Positions 44,468 to 54,596 of a DNA stretch of 64,000 bases are shown one piece after another. Made by a program: the position numbers and the translations under genes. The notes under the pieces were generated by a model. The model was not told the origin of the DNA, did no database searches, and saw nothing but the letters and a program-made list of their open reading frames with translations. The first letter of the stretch is position 1; each line of letters opens with the position of its first letter. Origin of the DNA: Tetramitus jugosus (Eukaryota; Protista; Heterolobosea); the NCBI GenBank assembly GCA_937625935.1, contig OW569366.1:310001-374000 (forward strand). Reading direction: 5' to 3'.

Positions 44468-45072
44468 ATAGATCAGCGTTGTTCACTATGTTTGACACCG
44501 GAGGCGAAAATCGATTGTTGTTTGGTTTCCACAGTTGTTTTAACTGGTCTCGAGGAGTACTCTTATCGTCATCTTGTTCAGTATCTTCTGCTACTGCAGG
44601 TTCTCTCAGTTTCTTCTTGCTAGTGTCGATTCTATCCGCATGCAATGCTCTCAATGCAATAGATGAGTATTTTGAGAATTTCTTGCTGTTTTTCAGGGCA
44701 GCCTGAGCACTCATGGCAATCTTCAACAGAGTTTCATCACTTCCATGATAGATGGCTTGTTTTTGCAATACATCCTCCTTCCGCTTCTTCTCCTCGCTTC
44801 AGATTTGTTCGTCCCAATTTCTTGGGAGCACTGGGCAAGGCGTAGCTAACTCCCAGAGGATCCAACCAGTAATTGACTCCACTACTGGTTCGGTATTCTC
44901 TCTTCTCCGATCCACAGTTTTGTTGAACATGTTACTTTTCAAATCTTTGGTACTTGGATCAGTTGTACTCTTTTATTTGGACTTGGAGTATTGAGTGGAG
45001 AGAAGGTTTTATAGTCCTCACAATACAAAAATACAAAAACTAAGCATAGCTATGAAGAAGAATTGGAGATCT

Positions 45073-46142
45073 TTATTTCTGATAAATGAATTGAGTAAGC
45101 TTTAGGTTCAGTGGCAAAACCAAGGTGTTGAGCAAAAGGGTGTAAGCGGCAACAAAATTGTTGACACCACTGTTGATGGTGTAAAGCTGACCAGTCATCA
45201 TCTGAGGATATGTCTCATTGACAAAAGTATCGACGGGACACTTGACCATGTGCTTAAGGATACGAGCTTCGACCTTTGCTCTGTCAAAGAACTCTGTAGC
45301 AATCATCCCTGGACAAACAGTTGTTACAGTGATACCGTGATGTTTCACTTCTTGTGCTAGTGCAGTAGACAAGGAGTAAACAAAGCTCTTTGTAGCACTA
45401 TAAGTAGCACCGTTAGGAGTAGGCAAAAATGAGGCAATAGAAGCAATGTTTGAAATCCTGGGAGTAATAAACTTGTGTTCCTCCATCTTCTTCCACTGAA
45501 TCATTTGATTGGCATAGTAGTGACTGATCTCCATCAATGAACAAATGTTCAAGTCAACCATGTTCAACTCTGACTCGATATCGAGCTCCAAGAATTCACC
45601 ATGACTTCCATAGCCAGCATTGTTCACAACATGAACAACAATTGCTTGAGGATCCTTCTTCTTGATTTCCTTGTCGAGAGACTCTGCAATCTTTCCTCTG
45701 ACACTCAAATCCTTTTCAATGACCAATACTTTGACGCCATAGGTGCTCTCCAGTTGCTTCTTTGCCTTTTCCAATCTTTCTCCATTTCTGCCCACGAGAA
45801 TCAAATTGTAGTTGTCTGCCGCGAATTTTTGGCAATATCCATAGCCAATTCCGTATGCCGCGCCAGAAATGAGCGCGTAATAGCGGTGATCGGCATTTTT
45901 AAAAGTAACATCCTTGAGTGGGGAACGATGACATAGGGAAGCAATAGCACATGTCTCACAAACAGGGCAACAACATAGGAACCAACGAGGCAATAAGGGA
46001 GACTCCAGAGTGAGAAAAACTTGAGTGAAATAACAAGAAACAAACTTGTCAAGTAAAGTGGTTGGGCAATCTTGTTCAACAGAGCCACATTCTCGGGAGT
46101 GAGATATGGAGACAGTGCAGTGGGTTTTTTGGATGAAGACAT
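45073..46142 (-). CDS. Short-chain dehydrogenase/reductase (17beta-HSD/ketoacyl reductase-like) with N-terminal TM segment; apparent 1-nt frameshift near 45922
   Basis: ALISGAAYGIG, VNNAG, IASIAS, YSATK, VCPG. The hydrophobic leader from ATG 46142 (MSSSKKP...) is in a different frame and joins if one C is added to a C4 run. Confidence 0.85.
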
Positions 46143-46239
46143 TTTTCGCGCTTTTGTTGTTTTGTTTTTGATCACTAACGGAGATTACATAATTATACAA
46201 GAGGAAGAATGGTGATATGCCAATCCGGAGAATTTGGAT

Positions 46240-48550
46240 TTACTTGATGTATCCGAGAAGGAATAGTTTGATAAACTTGAAAAATTTGGTCAACCTTTGT
46301 AAGAGTGGATTCAGTGATATCGTATAGGAGAATAATGTGTATACATCGAATAATGTCACTGCAACGGTAGTGTTGTGATCGTGCTTCCACTTGCCCTGGC
46401 ATGACTCAGCATACAAGTCAAGAAATAGCCAAACACGAAACAGATCGCAACCCCAATTTGTTTCCACTGGTACACGGTACACATTAGAAAAAGAATAATC
46501 CTCCATTCTCTTCCATGAGTATTCGATTGACAACCGAGACCGAGGACCCATTGAAAATAAATATAATTGTTCGTAAAATCTACTTAGAAACAATGACTTG
46601 TAGCGTGTCACGTTGATTGGCCAATAGTTACGGATTGAACTCTCTGCAGTAGCAATTTGAATATCAATAAAATAGCGCAAGGCCTTTGAAACTTGATGTA
46701 CAATATTTCGGAGGGTATCAAAGTACCGAACTACAATTTTGATAATGTGACCGATCGACCGGTAGGTAATATCACTCGTGTTCAATGTTCCCGATTCATC
46801 AGAATGAAATTTCGAGAGTAACATTTCGGGTGGTAGTGCGCTCGTGAAAACTGGAGGAGGAGGCAGTTGAATTACTTCTTCCTGTTCATAATGACGTTTC
46901 CATTCTTCAAGATATCTTTTTCGAGTCTCCTTTGAAAAGGGTGTCCAATATGATCGCTTTGACAAAGATATTGCGTTTCTTCCATTAAACCTTCGGTACT
47001 GTACAGCAATACTGCGGATGGCAGCACTGATTCCACCTATTCGATTCGCTGATTGAGGATTGATCACTGACGCAGTCACATACAAGGGACGCTTGGCAAG
47101 TGGCGCAATAAAAAATTTTCTTCTACACATTAATTTGGATGACAGGCGCGTCGATCTCGTATTAAATCCCAGATTAGCACATATCTTATTATTTCCGAAT
47201 ATCATACTTAAATGATTCATTAATATTGTTTGTGGGATGAATTGAAACAAGGTTGATAGGAGCGGCATGTCTACCATATTGCGCGGATTGATCAAATCTC
47301 CATTTACATCATCTTCTGATGGAGTCATATTTTCATCTGCATCCATCGTCTGTGTGCCAAGAATATCTTGTTGCCGTTGTTGTTGCTGTTGCTGCTGTTG
47401 TTGGCTCGAAATGTAAGGTTTTTGAACATGCACCTTAAAGATACCTTGGACCGACTTTAGATCAATAAAATCAGCGAGTTTTCGTCTCCAGTAAGATCCT
47501 TCATTCTCTTCACTTCCAAACTCCTCAACTTCATGATCCGATATCACCAAATCTCTAGCATCTTGAAACACAATCGAATGAGGAAACGATTCCATGGAGT
47601 TTGACTGTTGTGACATCATTCGATTCGGCGAAAAAGAACTCTTTCTATTCACATCGTACAACAGATCGCTCATTTGAGCTACAGGGACCAATGATCGCTG
47701 TTCATCTCTCCTCACGTTTGATCTCGTATCATTGAAAAAAGACTGTTCACTCCTATGACCTTCATCAGTGAATTTTCCCGCACTACCACCAGCACTACCA
47801 CCTTCTTCAAACTCTCTTTGCTCTCTTTCATATCTCTCATGCTGTTGATATTGCTCTTGCTGCTTATAGTAATAGGAGTCTTGATAGTTTGTACCACTGT
47901 TCTTTTCTTGTTGCTTTCCTTGTTCTTCTCCTTTAAAATCTTGACCATGGCTATTTGGATGAAACTTTTGATGATGAGTACTACCACTACTGCCAGCACC
48001 ACCACCGCTAGAACCACCACTGAATTGTTCATAAAACGAGTTCCATTCCCACTGAAACTCATCCTCTTGTTCTCTTTGCATCTGTTCCATATCGTCGTCT
48101 TCTTCATGCATACGATAGTAACGATTGAAAACATCATTGTTGTTATGATTTGGATTGTTTTGCTGATTGTGTGATGCTAGAAACAAATCATAACTGTACT
48201 CTGCACCAATGGAATACCCTCGTTGACCATCCAACTGCAACAAGCTAAAAAACACAAACAAAAACAATTGTTTTGGTTCACCAATAACCAAAAGAAAAAT
48301 TCCAACAAAAACAACATGTGTGTAAGATTGAAAGCTCTACCACCAAAAACACTCAACAAGAACTTGTTGATCTCAAGATCAAAGCAAAGTGGAACACAAA
48401 GAACACGATGACATACTTGATTGGTATTTGGAGAGAATCAGTTGGATAGCACCGCATGGCAAGATCAATGTCAGCAAAGTTGAGATCCCATGGATTGGCA
48501 TCAAATTTGCTGTCCCAGTTCAGGGCTGCATTCAGTTTGTGAACTTCCAT
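46240..48550 (-). CDS. Hypothetical protein with Q/E/G-rich insert; probable intron 48245-48416
   Basis: Exon MEVHKLNAALNW...IPI splices (GTATGT..TTTTAG) in frame into the 683-aa ORF. No family recognised. Confidence 0.7.
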
Positions 48551-48734
48551 GCTCTAAATCACCATCACGCTTGGTTGAATGTTCTTCAAATTTTCTTGCT
48601 TGAGTTTTTTTGGCGGTGAATTTGAGCGCGCTTTTAAAAAACGTGGCCGTTACCAAATTTACGTCAATACCGAGAGCAAACGGAAGAAAAACGAATTAAG
48701 ATCTGGGATTGTTTTAAACTTGTTTATAGAAAAT

Positions 48735-50777
48735 ATGCAACAGCGACCTCGTTCTGCAAGTGTTGGATCTCGGTATGTTCCTGTGCGAATGAATGCTTAT
48801 GTGCCTGACACTGTGCAACCAGCAGTGTTCTATGTACCAGACAACCGAACGGAATCTAGGAAGGGAGAAGTCAAAGTGTCGGAGAATCAAAACTTAAGAT
48901 CATCCAGTGTAAAAGAGAGAGGAGAAGATTCTCCTCAGAGAGTAGCGATGCCTAGTGAACAGAGACAGGAAGAGATTGTGGAATGGAGTAAATTTCACAG
49001 AAGGAAACCGGTTTGGATGTCTGAGAATCGAAGAGACTATCCGATTAAAGTTTTCTCGGTCTCCGATCGTTGGGTAACGGAACAAAAGGATAGTTATAGT
49101 TTCTATGTCAATAATACTAACGAAACTCACACAGAAGATGGTATCGAACAAAACGAAACAAACGACGATTTATCGAGGGAACGGAAGTATGAGGAAGTTA
49201 ACTACGTACCCAAAGTTCCTAAACTAGCTACATCAAACTTACCCAAAAGTATCTCATCAGAATTGAATACGCCCATCCCTGTGTCTGGAAAATCTCCAAC
49301 AACTACTCACTTTGTAGCAAACAGTACAAATGCCCAGGACGGAAATCAACAAAGGTTCGAGAGTGCGAATCCACAAGTATCTCAATATACACCTAGAATA
49401 CCAAAGCCTGAAGTCCCTATTGAAAAAGAGAAAAATGAGGATGTTCAAAAGAACAAGAGCGGCTCGACTTCCAACACTCCTCGTTCATCTCGAGCTCAAA
49501 AATCAAGCAGGAACATTGTCGATACAAGTTATGTGCACGTTCCTCTCTCTAATCTCCAAAAAGACGAAGAAGAGAAGTCAGATCCAATAGAGGATGATCC
49601 AAACAAGAAATCTCAACAGCTCAAGCAACATGAGAAGTTTAGAGATACAAGAAAGAAGATCAAAAAACAACAGAAGAAGAATGACCAATTGAGGAACAAG
49701 TATATCGACGACTACTACAGACAGCAATCTGATGCCAAAATGAACACACTTCTCACTGACTCTCAGAACTTTGATAGGTATTTGCCGTATGAAGGAAGAC
49801 CTCCCTTCCATAACTATGGGTGGGCGAATCAAAATCCTGTCACAGAAGAGAACCGAATGAAATCTCATAACATTAATCCGAGAGATGTACACGATGTCTA
49901 TCCAAATGTTATTAGTCGAAGAGAAAGAAGTTCAACCTATGAAGGATGGAAAAGGTTCCTGGAGACCACAATTGGATACAAGCAATATCGACCTGTTTCG
50001 TTCTATAAGAGAGATGTCGTCAGAGATCCATCCAGAAATAAGAATAGGAGTTCAGACGCCCTTCGAAAAGCGTTGTCAGGTGTTCATGATCAAATTCCAG
50101 AGGCAGCTCCTGTCCAAGGTAAAAAGAAGTTCACACGCGAGGTTCCCTCCTTACCAATCAAGGTGAATGAATTCACTGTCTCGGAAACAAAACAAGAAGT
50201 TGAGACTCCTGCTGCTGTGTCATATGAAGGAAGAATCTCTCCACCAAATGTTGGCACAAAACCTGTAACTAATGAAAGACTGAAGATCCGCCCAGATGAA
50301 GAACCTGATTATCAAAAGAGTGTGACAAGAGACACACCAATGTACAATCAGCATTTAATTCAATCACAGATCAATCCATCACATGTGTATATTCCTACTG
50401 ATGAATCCCACATCAGATCTTCGAGATATCTGGAATATCCCTTGGATCAGGGATCACAATCCAAAGTACCTGACTTTAAACAAAGAAGGAATTCGATTGG
50501 AGCTGTTCCACAATTCTCTCGGATCGATTCAGAATACAATGAGTCCACAGGGAAACGGTATGTTTTTGCTCCCAATCGAAATGAGGGAACTTATGAAATG
50601 TTCGTAGGCATGCACAATCAACCTGAGCTACACCCCATACCGATAGTCGAGCATGAGGAACTCAACCCCAGGTATTACAAAAACCTTCCACCCTCCTTCA
50701 CCAACTTCATTCGACCAGCAGGGAAGCCCACAGCTCAATCAATCACGACGGCTGATTGTTTTGATTATTTTGACTGA
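48735..50777 (+). CDS. Low-complexity protein with a CCSAP-like motif (candidate microtubule/cilium-associated protein)
   Basis: Long ORF. PFHNYGW..T....KSHNI...VHDV resembles the CCSAP conserved block as recalled; WMSENRRDY and WVTEQKDSY resemble Mn-type motifs. Confidence 0.6.
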   Translation: MQQRPRSASVGSRYVPVRMNAYVPDTVQPAVFYVPDNRTESRKGEVKVSENQNLRSSSVKERGEDSPQRVAMPSEQRQEEIVEWSKFHRRKPVWMSENRRDYPIKVFSVSDRWVTEQKDSYSFYVNNTNETHTEDGIEQNETNDDLSRERKYEEVNYVPKVPKLATSNLPKSISSELNTPIPVSGKSPTTTHFVANSTNAQDGNQQRFESANPQVSQYTPRIPKPEVPIEKEKNEDVQKNKSGSTSNTPRSSRAQKSSRNIVDTSYVHVPLSNLQKDEEEKSDPIEDDPNKKSQQLKQHEKFRDTRKKIKKQQKKNDQLRNKYIDDYYRQQSDAKMNTLLTDSQNFDRYLPYEGRPPFHNYGWANQNPVTEENRMKSHNINPRDVHDVYPNVISRRERSSTYEGWKRFLETTIGYKQYRPVSFYKRDVVRDPSRNKNRSSDALRKALSGVHDQIPEAAPVQGKKKFTREVPSLPIKVNEFTVSETKQEVETPAAVSYEGRISPPNVGTKPVTNERLKIRPDEEPDYQKSVTRDTPMYNQHLIQSQINPSHVYIPTDESHIRSSRYLEYPLDQGSQSKVPDFKQRRNSIGAVPQFSRIDSEYNESTGKRYVFAPNRNEGTYEMFVGMHNQPELHPIPIVEHEELNPRYYKNLPPSFTNFIRPAGKPTAQSITTADCFDYFD

Positions 50778-50971
50778 AAACTCTTTTTGTAAAACTTTTC
50801 TGGTTTTCCTTTACAATGTATTACAATTTCGAATTCCTCGCACTTTCCGAGACTCCGAGGTTTGAGCGCAAATTATCCACGTTGCCCCAGGTTAAATACC
50901 GAGCGATACCTATAAGAATTCCCACAAAGCAAACAACCAAAGCAAAGTACCAACCCTCCTATCAAACTAAG

Positions 50972-52087
50972 ATGACCATTCTAAAGAACACTCGTGTACT
51001 TCTCGTGAGCAGACCAACTGGAAATCCAACCAAGGACAACTTCAAGATTGACGATCAGAGCACTGTTGACACTGAATCCTTGAAAGAGAATGAAATCCTT
51101 GTCAAGACTCATTATCTTTCATTGGATCCCTATCTGTTGATGCCAATGGGCAAAGCCGGTGTTCACGGGGTCAAGGTTGAAAATCAGAGTTCCTATCCAT
51201 TGAAACAATTCAAGGGTGCCATGAATGTGACCGATCTGGGTGATTGTTTTGGTGGACGTGGTGTGGGTCGTGTTATTGCCTCAAAACACGACTCTGTGTC
51301 TGTTGGTGACTGGGTAGCTGCGGATTGGGGATGGCAAGAGTATGCCCTGTTCAATGTCAACGAGGAATTTACATTTGAGAAATTGGAGAGTGAAATCTTT
51401 GGTAGTGGACAGGTTTCTCTTTCTACGGCTCTAGGTATTTTGAGTGTGTCTGGTTCTCATGCCCTGTGGGGATACAACTTTTGTGAAGCAAAGCCTGGAC
51501 AGACAATGGTGATTAGTGCTGCAGGAGGCAACATTGGCATCATTGTGAGTCAATTGGCAAAACTGAACGGAGTTAGAGTCGTTGGAATTGCAGGAGGAGC
51601 TGACAAGTGTGAAAAATTGAAGAAGGAATTGGGTATTGATGCTGTTGTAGACTATAGACAAGGTAATAACGATGTACAAAAGTTGACTGAATTGATTCGC
51701 GAAGCATGTCCAAACGGAATTGATGCTTATTTTGACAATGTAGGAGGAATCGTAACCAATGCAGTTGATAATGTGATCAACGAGAATGCACATGTGTACA
51801 TCTGTGGTGCTGTATCTCAGTATGCTCATGGACAGCCTGTCCAAGTTGCTCCCAGAAGTGCTGGTATTTACAAGGAGAAGAATGTGGTTGTTACAACGTG
51901 CATGACTGCAGACTACATCTCCAAGATTCCAGAAGCAAGAAAGGAGTTGTTTGCATTGATAAAGGAGGGCAAATTGAGACCTGTCGAATGGATTGTTGAT
52001 GGTATTGAGAATACACCTGCTGCGTTCGTTGACATGTATGGTGGCAAGAATTTTGGAAAATCTCTCATCAAGGTGTTTAGCGAGTAA
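50972..52087 (+). CDS. NADP-dependent alkenal/prostaglandin reductase-like MDR oxidoreductase (PTGR/CurA family)
   Basis: YLSLDPY, GWQEY, SAAGGNIG, VVGIAGGADKC, CPNGIDAYFDNVGG, CGAVSQY, GIENTPAAF..GKNFGK. Confidence 0.92.
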   Translation: MTILKNTRVLLVSRPTGNPTKDNFKIDDQSTVDTESLKENEILVKTHYLSLDPYLLMPMGKAGVHGVKVENQSSYPLKQFKGAMNVTDLGDCFGGRGVGRVIASKHDSVSVGDWVAADWGWQEYALFNVNEEFTFEKLESEIFGSGQVSLSTALGILSVSGSHALWGYNFCEAKPGQTMVISAAGGNIGIIVSQLAKLNGVRVVGIAGGADKCEKLKKELGIDAVVDYRQGNNDVQKLTELIREACPNGIDAYFDNVGGIVTNAVDNVINENAHVYICGAVSQYAHGQPVQVAPRSAGIYKEKNVVVTTCMTADYISKIPEARKELFALIKEGKLRPVEWIVDGIENTPAAFVDMYGGKNFGKSLIKVFSE

Positions 52088-52463
52088 TAAACAATCATGT
52101 AACTATTAGATTCAGTATCGTGTCGTGGCATTCCTGTCTATCAAATAAAAATGCGGTTTATCGGATAACCGATAACGAAAGGAGTCCAACAATCAGGACT
52201 CATTGTATTCCACACAACACACCCTAAAACAGACAACATTCGTGCACACGCACCAGGAATTCGCATCCTGATGCTCCCGAAAAACGAATCGAACCCATTC
52301 CCTAAAAATATCCAATAGCTAAACACATGGTTGTGCACAGAAGAGAGCAATTTTTTATTAACCAACAACACAAAAACACCAAGTCGAGTTCCCATCAGAA
52401 CCCCATCAAACAACAACAAGGTGAACCAATCCCACAGAAGCTGAAACAACAGACAAAGCAACC

Positions 52464-53540
52464 ATGATCATTCCAATGGCCAATTCACCGGCCACCAGTT
52501 TCTTCTCTACAAACACCTCACCTCGAGGTGATTATGGCTCCTCTCCACTACTCAAGAAGAGCCGAAAGAGTAGTCCCACAAGTGCAGTTGCCAAACAATT
52601 GACTCAGTTGTACTATAGGAGACCTGCGCTTCTCATCTGTTTGTCTCTCTTGGTTTTTGCTTCGATTGTGCTTTGTTTGAAGCGATTTAGTGGTGCGAAG
52701 CGCTCGTCAGCTACGGCTGATTTGCTTGCGAGTGATCTGACTATTGAAAATTCAAGAACAGAAAGGTTGTCTGCTGCCGGTGGTCGTTCTCTCGTTGACC
52801 CATCGACGTACATGACTCAACTCAGTTGGTCTCCGCGCATCTTTCAATTCAAGAATTTCTTGACTCCGGAAGAGTGTGACCGTATCATTGATATGGCAAA
52901 AAAACGTCTCAAGTTGTCCACGCTCTACGCCGGATCGGGCAACTTTGCAGATGATAAGACACGCTCCAGTCAGGACATGTTTTTTGACCCTTCGGAAACC
53001 GCTTGGATCGATGAGAGAATTGCAAGAGCGACGCGAATTCCTGCCTCTCACGGAGAATCTCTAACGGTGATTCACTACGGTCCAACACAGCAATATCTAC
53101 CACATTTTGACTACTTTGCTCCGAATCAGGACGCGAGCACGGATCAGCTCTTGGAAACGTATGGTAATCGTATTGCGACATTTATCATGTACTTGAACGA
53201 TTTACCAGAGGGAGCAGGAGGTGAGACAAAGTTTCCTCGTTCCAACACAGCTATCAGACCAAAGAGAGGAGATGCTGCCTTCTTTTATAATTTGTTGCCT
53301 GATGGCACTCCTGATCCAATGTCACTTCACACGGGTAGCCCTGTGATTCACGGAGAGAAGTGGATTGCCACAAAGTGGATGAGAGAGAAGAAGTGGCAAT
53401 ACACGGAAGACTATGTGCCAACGTTTGGAACACCAGCAAAGGACGTTGACAAGAAAAATCCTGTAAATGCCGGTTATGTGCCCACTTTTGGCACTGCTGC
53501 CAAGGACATTCCTAAGGAACAACAAGTCCCCAAGCAATAA
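52464..53540 (+). CDS. Type II membrane prolyl 4-hydroxylase (plant/algal type, 2OG-Fe(II))
   Basis: TM anchor; LSWSPRIF..NFLTPEEC, PHFD, RIATFIMYL, GGETKFP, SLHTGSPV..GEKWIATKW. Confidence 0.92.
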   Translation: MIIPMANSPATSFFSTNTSPRGDYGSSPLLKKSRKSSPTSAVAKQLTQLYYRRPALLICLSLLVFASIVLCLKRFSGAKRSSATADLLASDLTIENSRTERLSAAGGRSLVDPSTYMTQLSWSPRIFQFKNFLTPEECDRIIDMAKKRLKLSTLYAGSGNFADDKTRSSQDMFFDPSETAWIDERIARATRIPASHGESLTVIHYGPTQQYLPHFDYFAPNQDASTDQLLETYGNRIATFIMYLNDLPEGAGGETKFPRSNTAIRPKRGDAAFFYNLLPDGTPDPMSLHTGSPVIHGEKWIATKWMREKKWQYTEDYVPTFGTPAKDVDKKNPVNAGYVPTFGTAAKDIPKEQQVPKQ

Positions 53541-53993
53541 TAATTATTGTCATTGTATCATACATTCAACAACCAACCGTTCTCCTTCTGATGTCCTCGC
53601 GATCGAATCTCTCCGGACTCGTGAATATTCGTTGTCAGAACGGATCACAAACCGAAGGCTCGAAGGACGAGCGAGTGTGTGAGAATCCCGAACGGAAATC
53701 TGTAGTTCCTCAAGGAACACACCAGATTCAAGGAAAAATCGAATAGCCTGGTGGTCATAAAAACGCTCATTCTGTTCACACACCACCAGTTGAATTCAAC
53801 AAACAACAAACACAACAACAACCAACGACCAACCCAACCAAAAGCAACCTCCTCCAACAAGGCTCTAGTAATCGGTCTCATCTTACTATCAACACAACCT
53901 GTTGCTTCAAACTCATACTCCACACACCACCAGAGAACCAAACGCCCCACTCAAGCCAAGATCCCAAATTTTTTTCCAATCCCGACAACAAAA

Positions 53994-54320
53994 ATGAACG
54001 CCACAACAAGCTCCATCGTCAGACTCACCGCCAGAAGAATCGTCGCTAAACCAGCCGTTGAAACTTCCTCCTTCCAGAGAATTGTTCTCATCAATGAAAT
54101 GTCAAGAAAAATGCAAGAAAAAGCAACAGCAGTTGCTCAAAGCAATGTCGCCAAGAGCATGAGCTTCAACGACAACACATCATTCAAGAGAATGGTGCTC
54201 ATCAATGAGATGGGAAGAAACATGGAACAAAAGGCAAAGCAAGTTCCATCAAGAACCTTGACATCGTCATTTGCTCAAACTCAACAAACAGTTGCCAAAG
54301 CAGAGAGAACAAGTGCATAA
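53994..54320 (+). CDS. Small basic protein with duplicated SFxRxVLINEMxRxMxxKA motif
   Basis: 108-codon ATG ORF after an A/C-rich leader, with AATAAA downstream. The internal repeat is conserved at the amino-acid level. Confidence 0.7.
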   Translation: MNATTSSIVRLTARRIVAKPAVETSSFQRIVLINEMSRKMQEKATAVAQSNVAKSMSFNDNTSFKRMVLINEMGRNMEQKAKQVPSRTLTSSFAQTQQTVAKAERTSA

Positions 54321-54596
54321 AAATGCTCATCTAGGAAACCAATAAAACACTTAGGAAAATTTTGACATACAGAAGCTTATTGTGTTGTGCGTTGCTCGCT
54401 AACAACTTGATTGTTCATCAATCTCCGATTTGAAAAAAACCGCGAAATTACAAAACCGACTTCAATTGGTCAATTGAATCCACAAATTCGCTTTTTCACA
54501 CAAATTCCACCGACTGTTGAATCCCCCAACACAAAAGCTTCCAGCTTCAACACAACAACAACGGAAAAAAACAAAAACTCATTCACACCCACAACA

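Noticed and set aside
42455-44469. Interpreting the two 125-bp direct repeats as LTRs or CRISPR repeats
   Set aside because: They carry 5S rRNA motifs and Pol III terminators, no gag/pol or cas genes lie between them, and there are only two copies.
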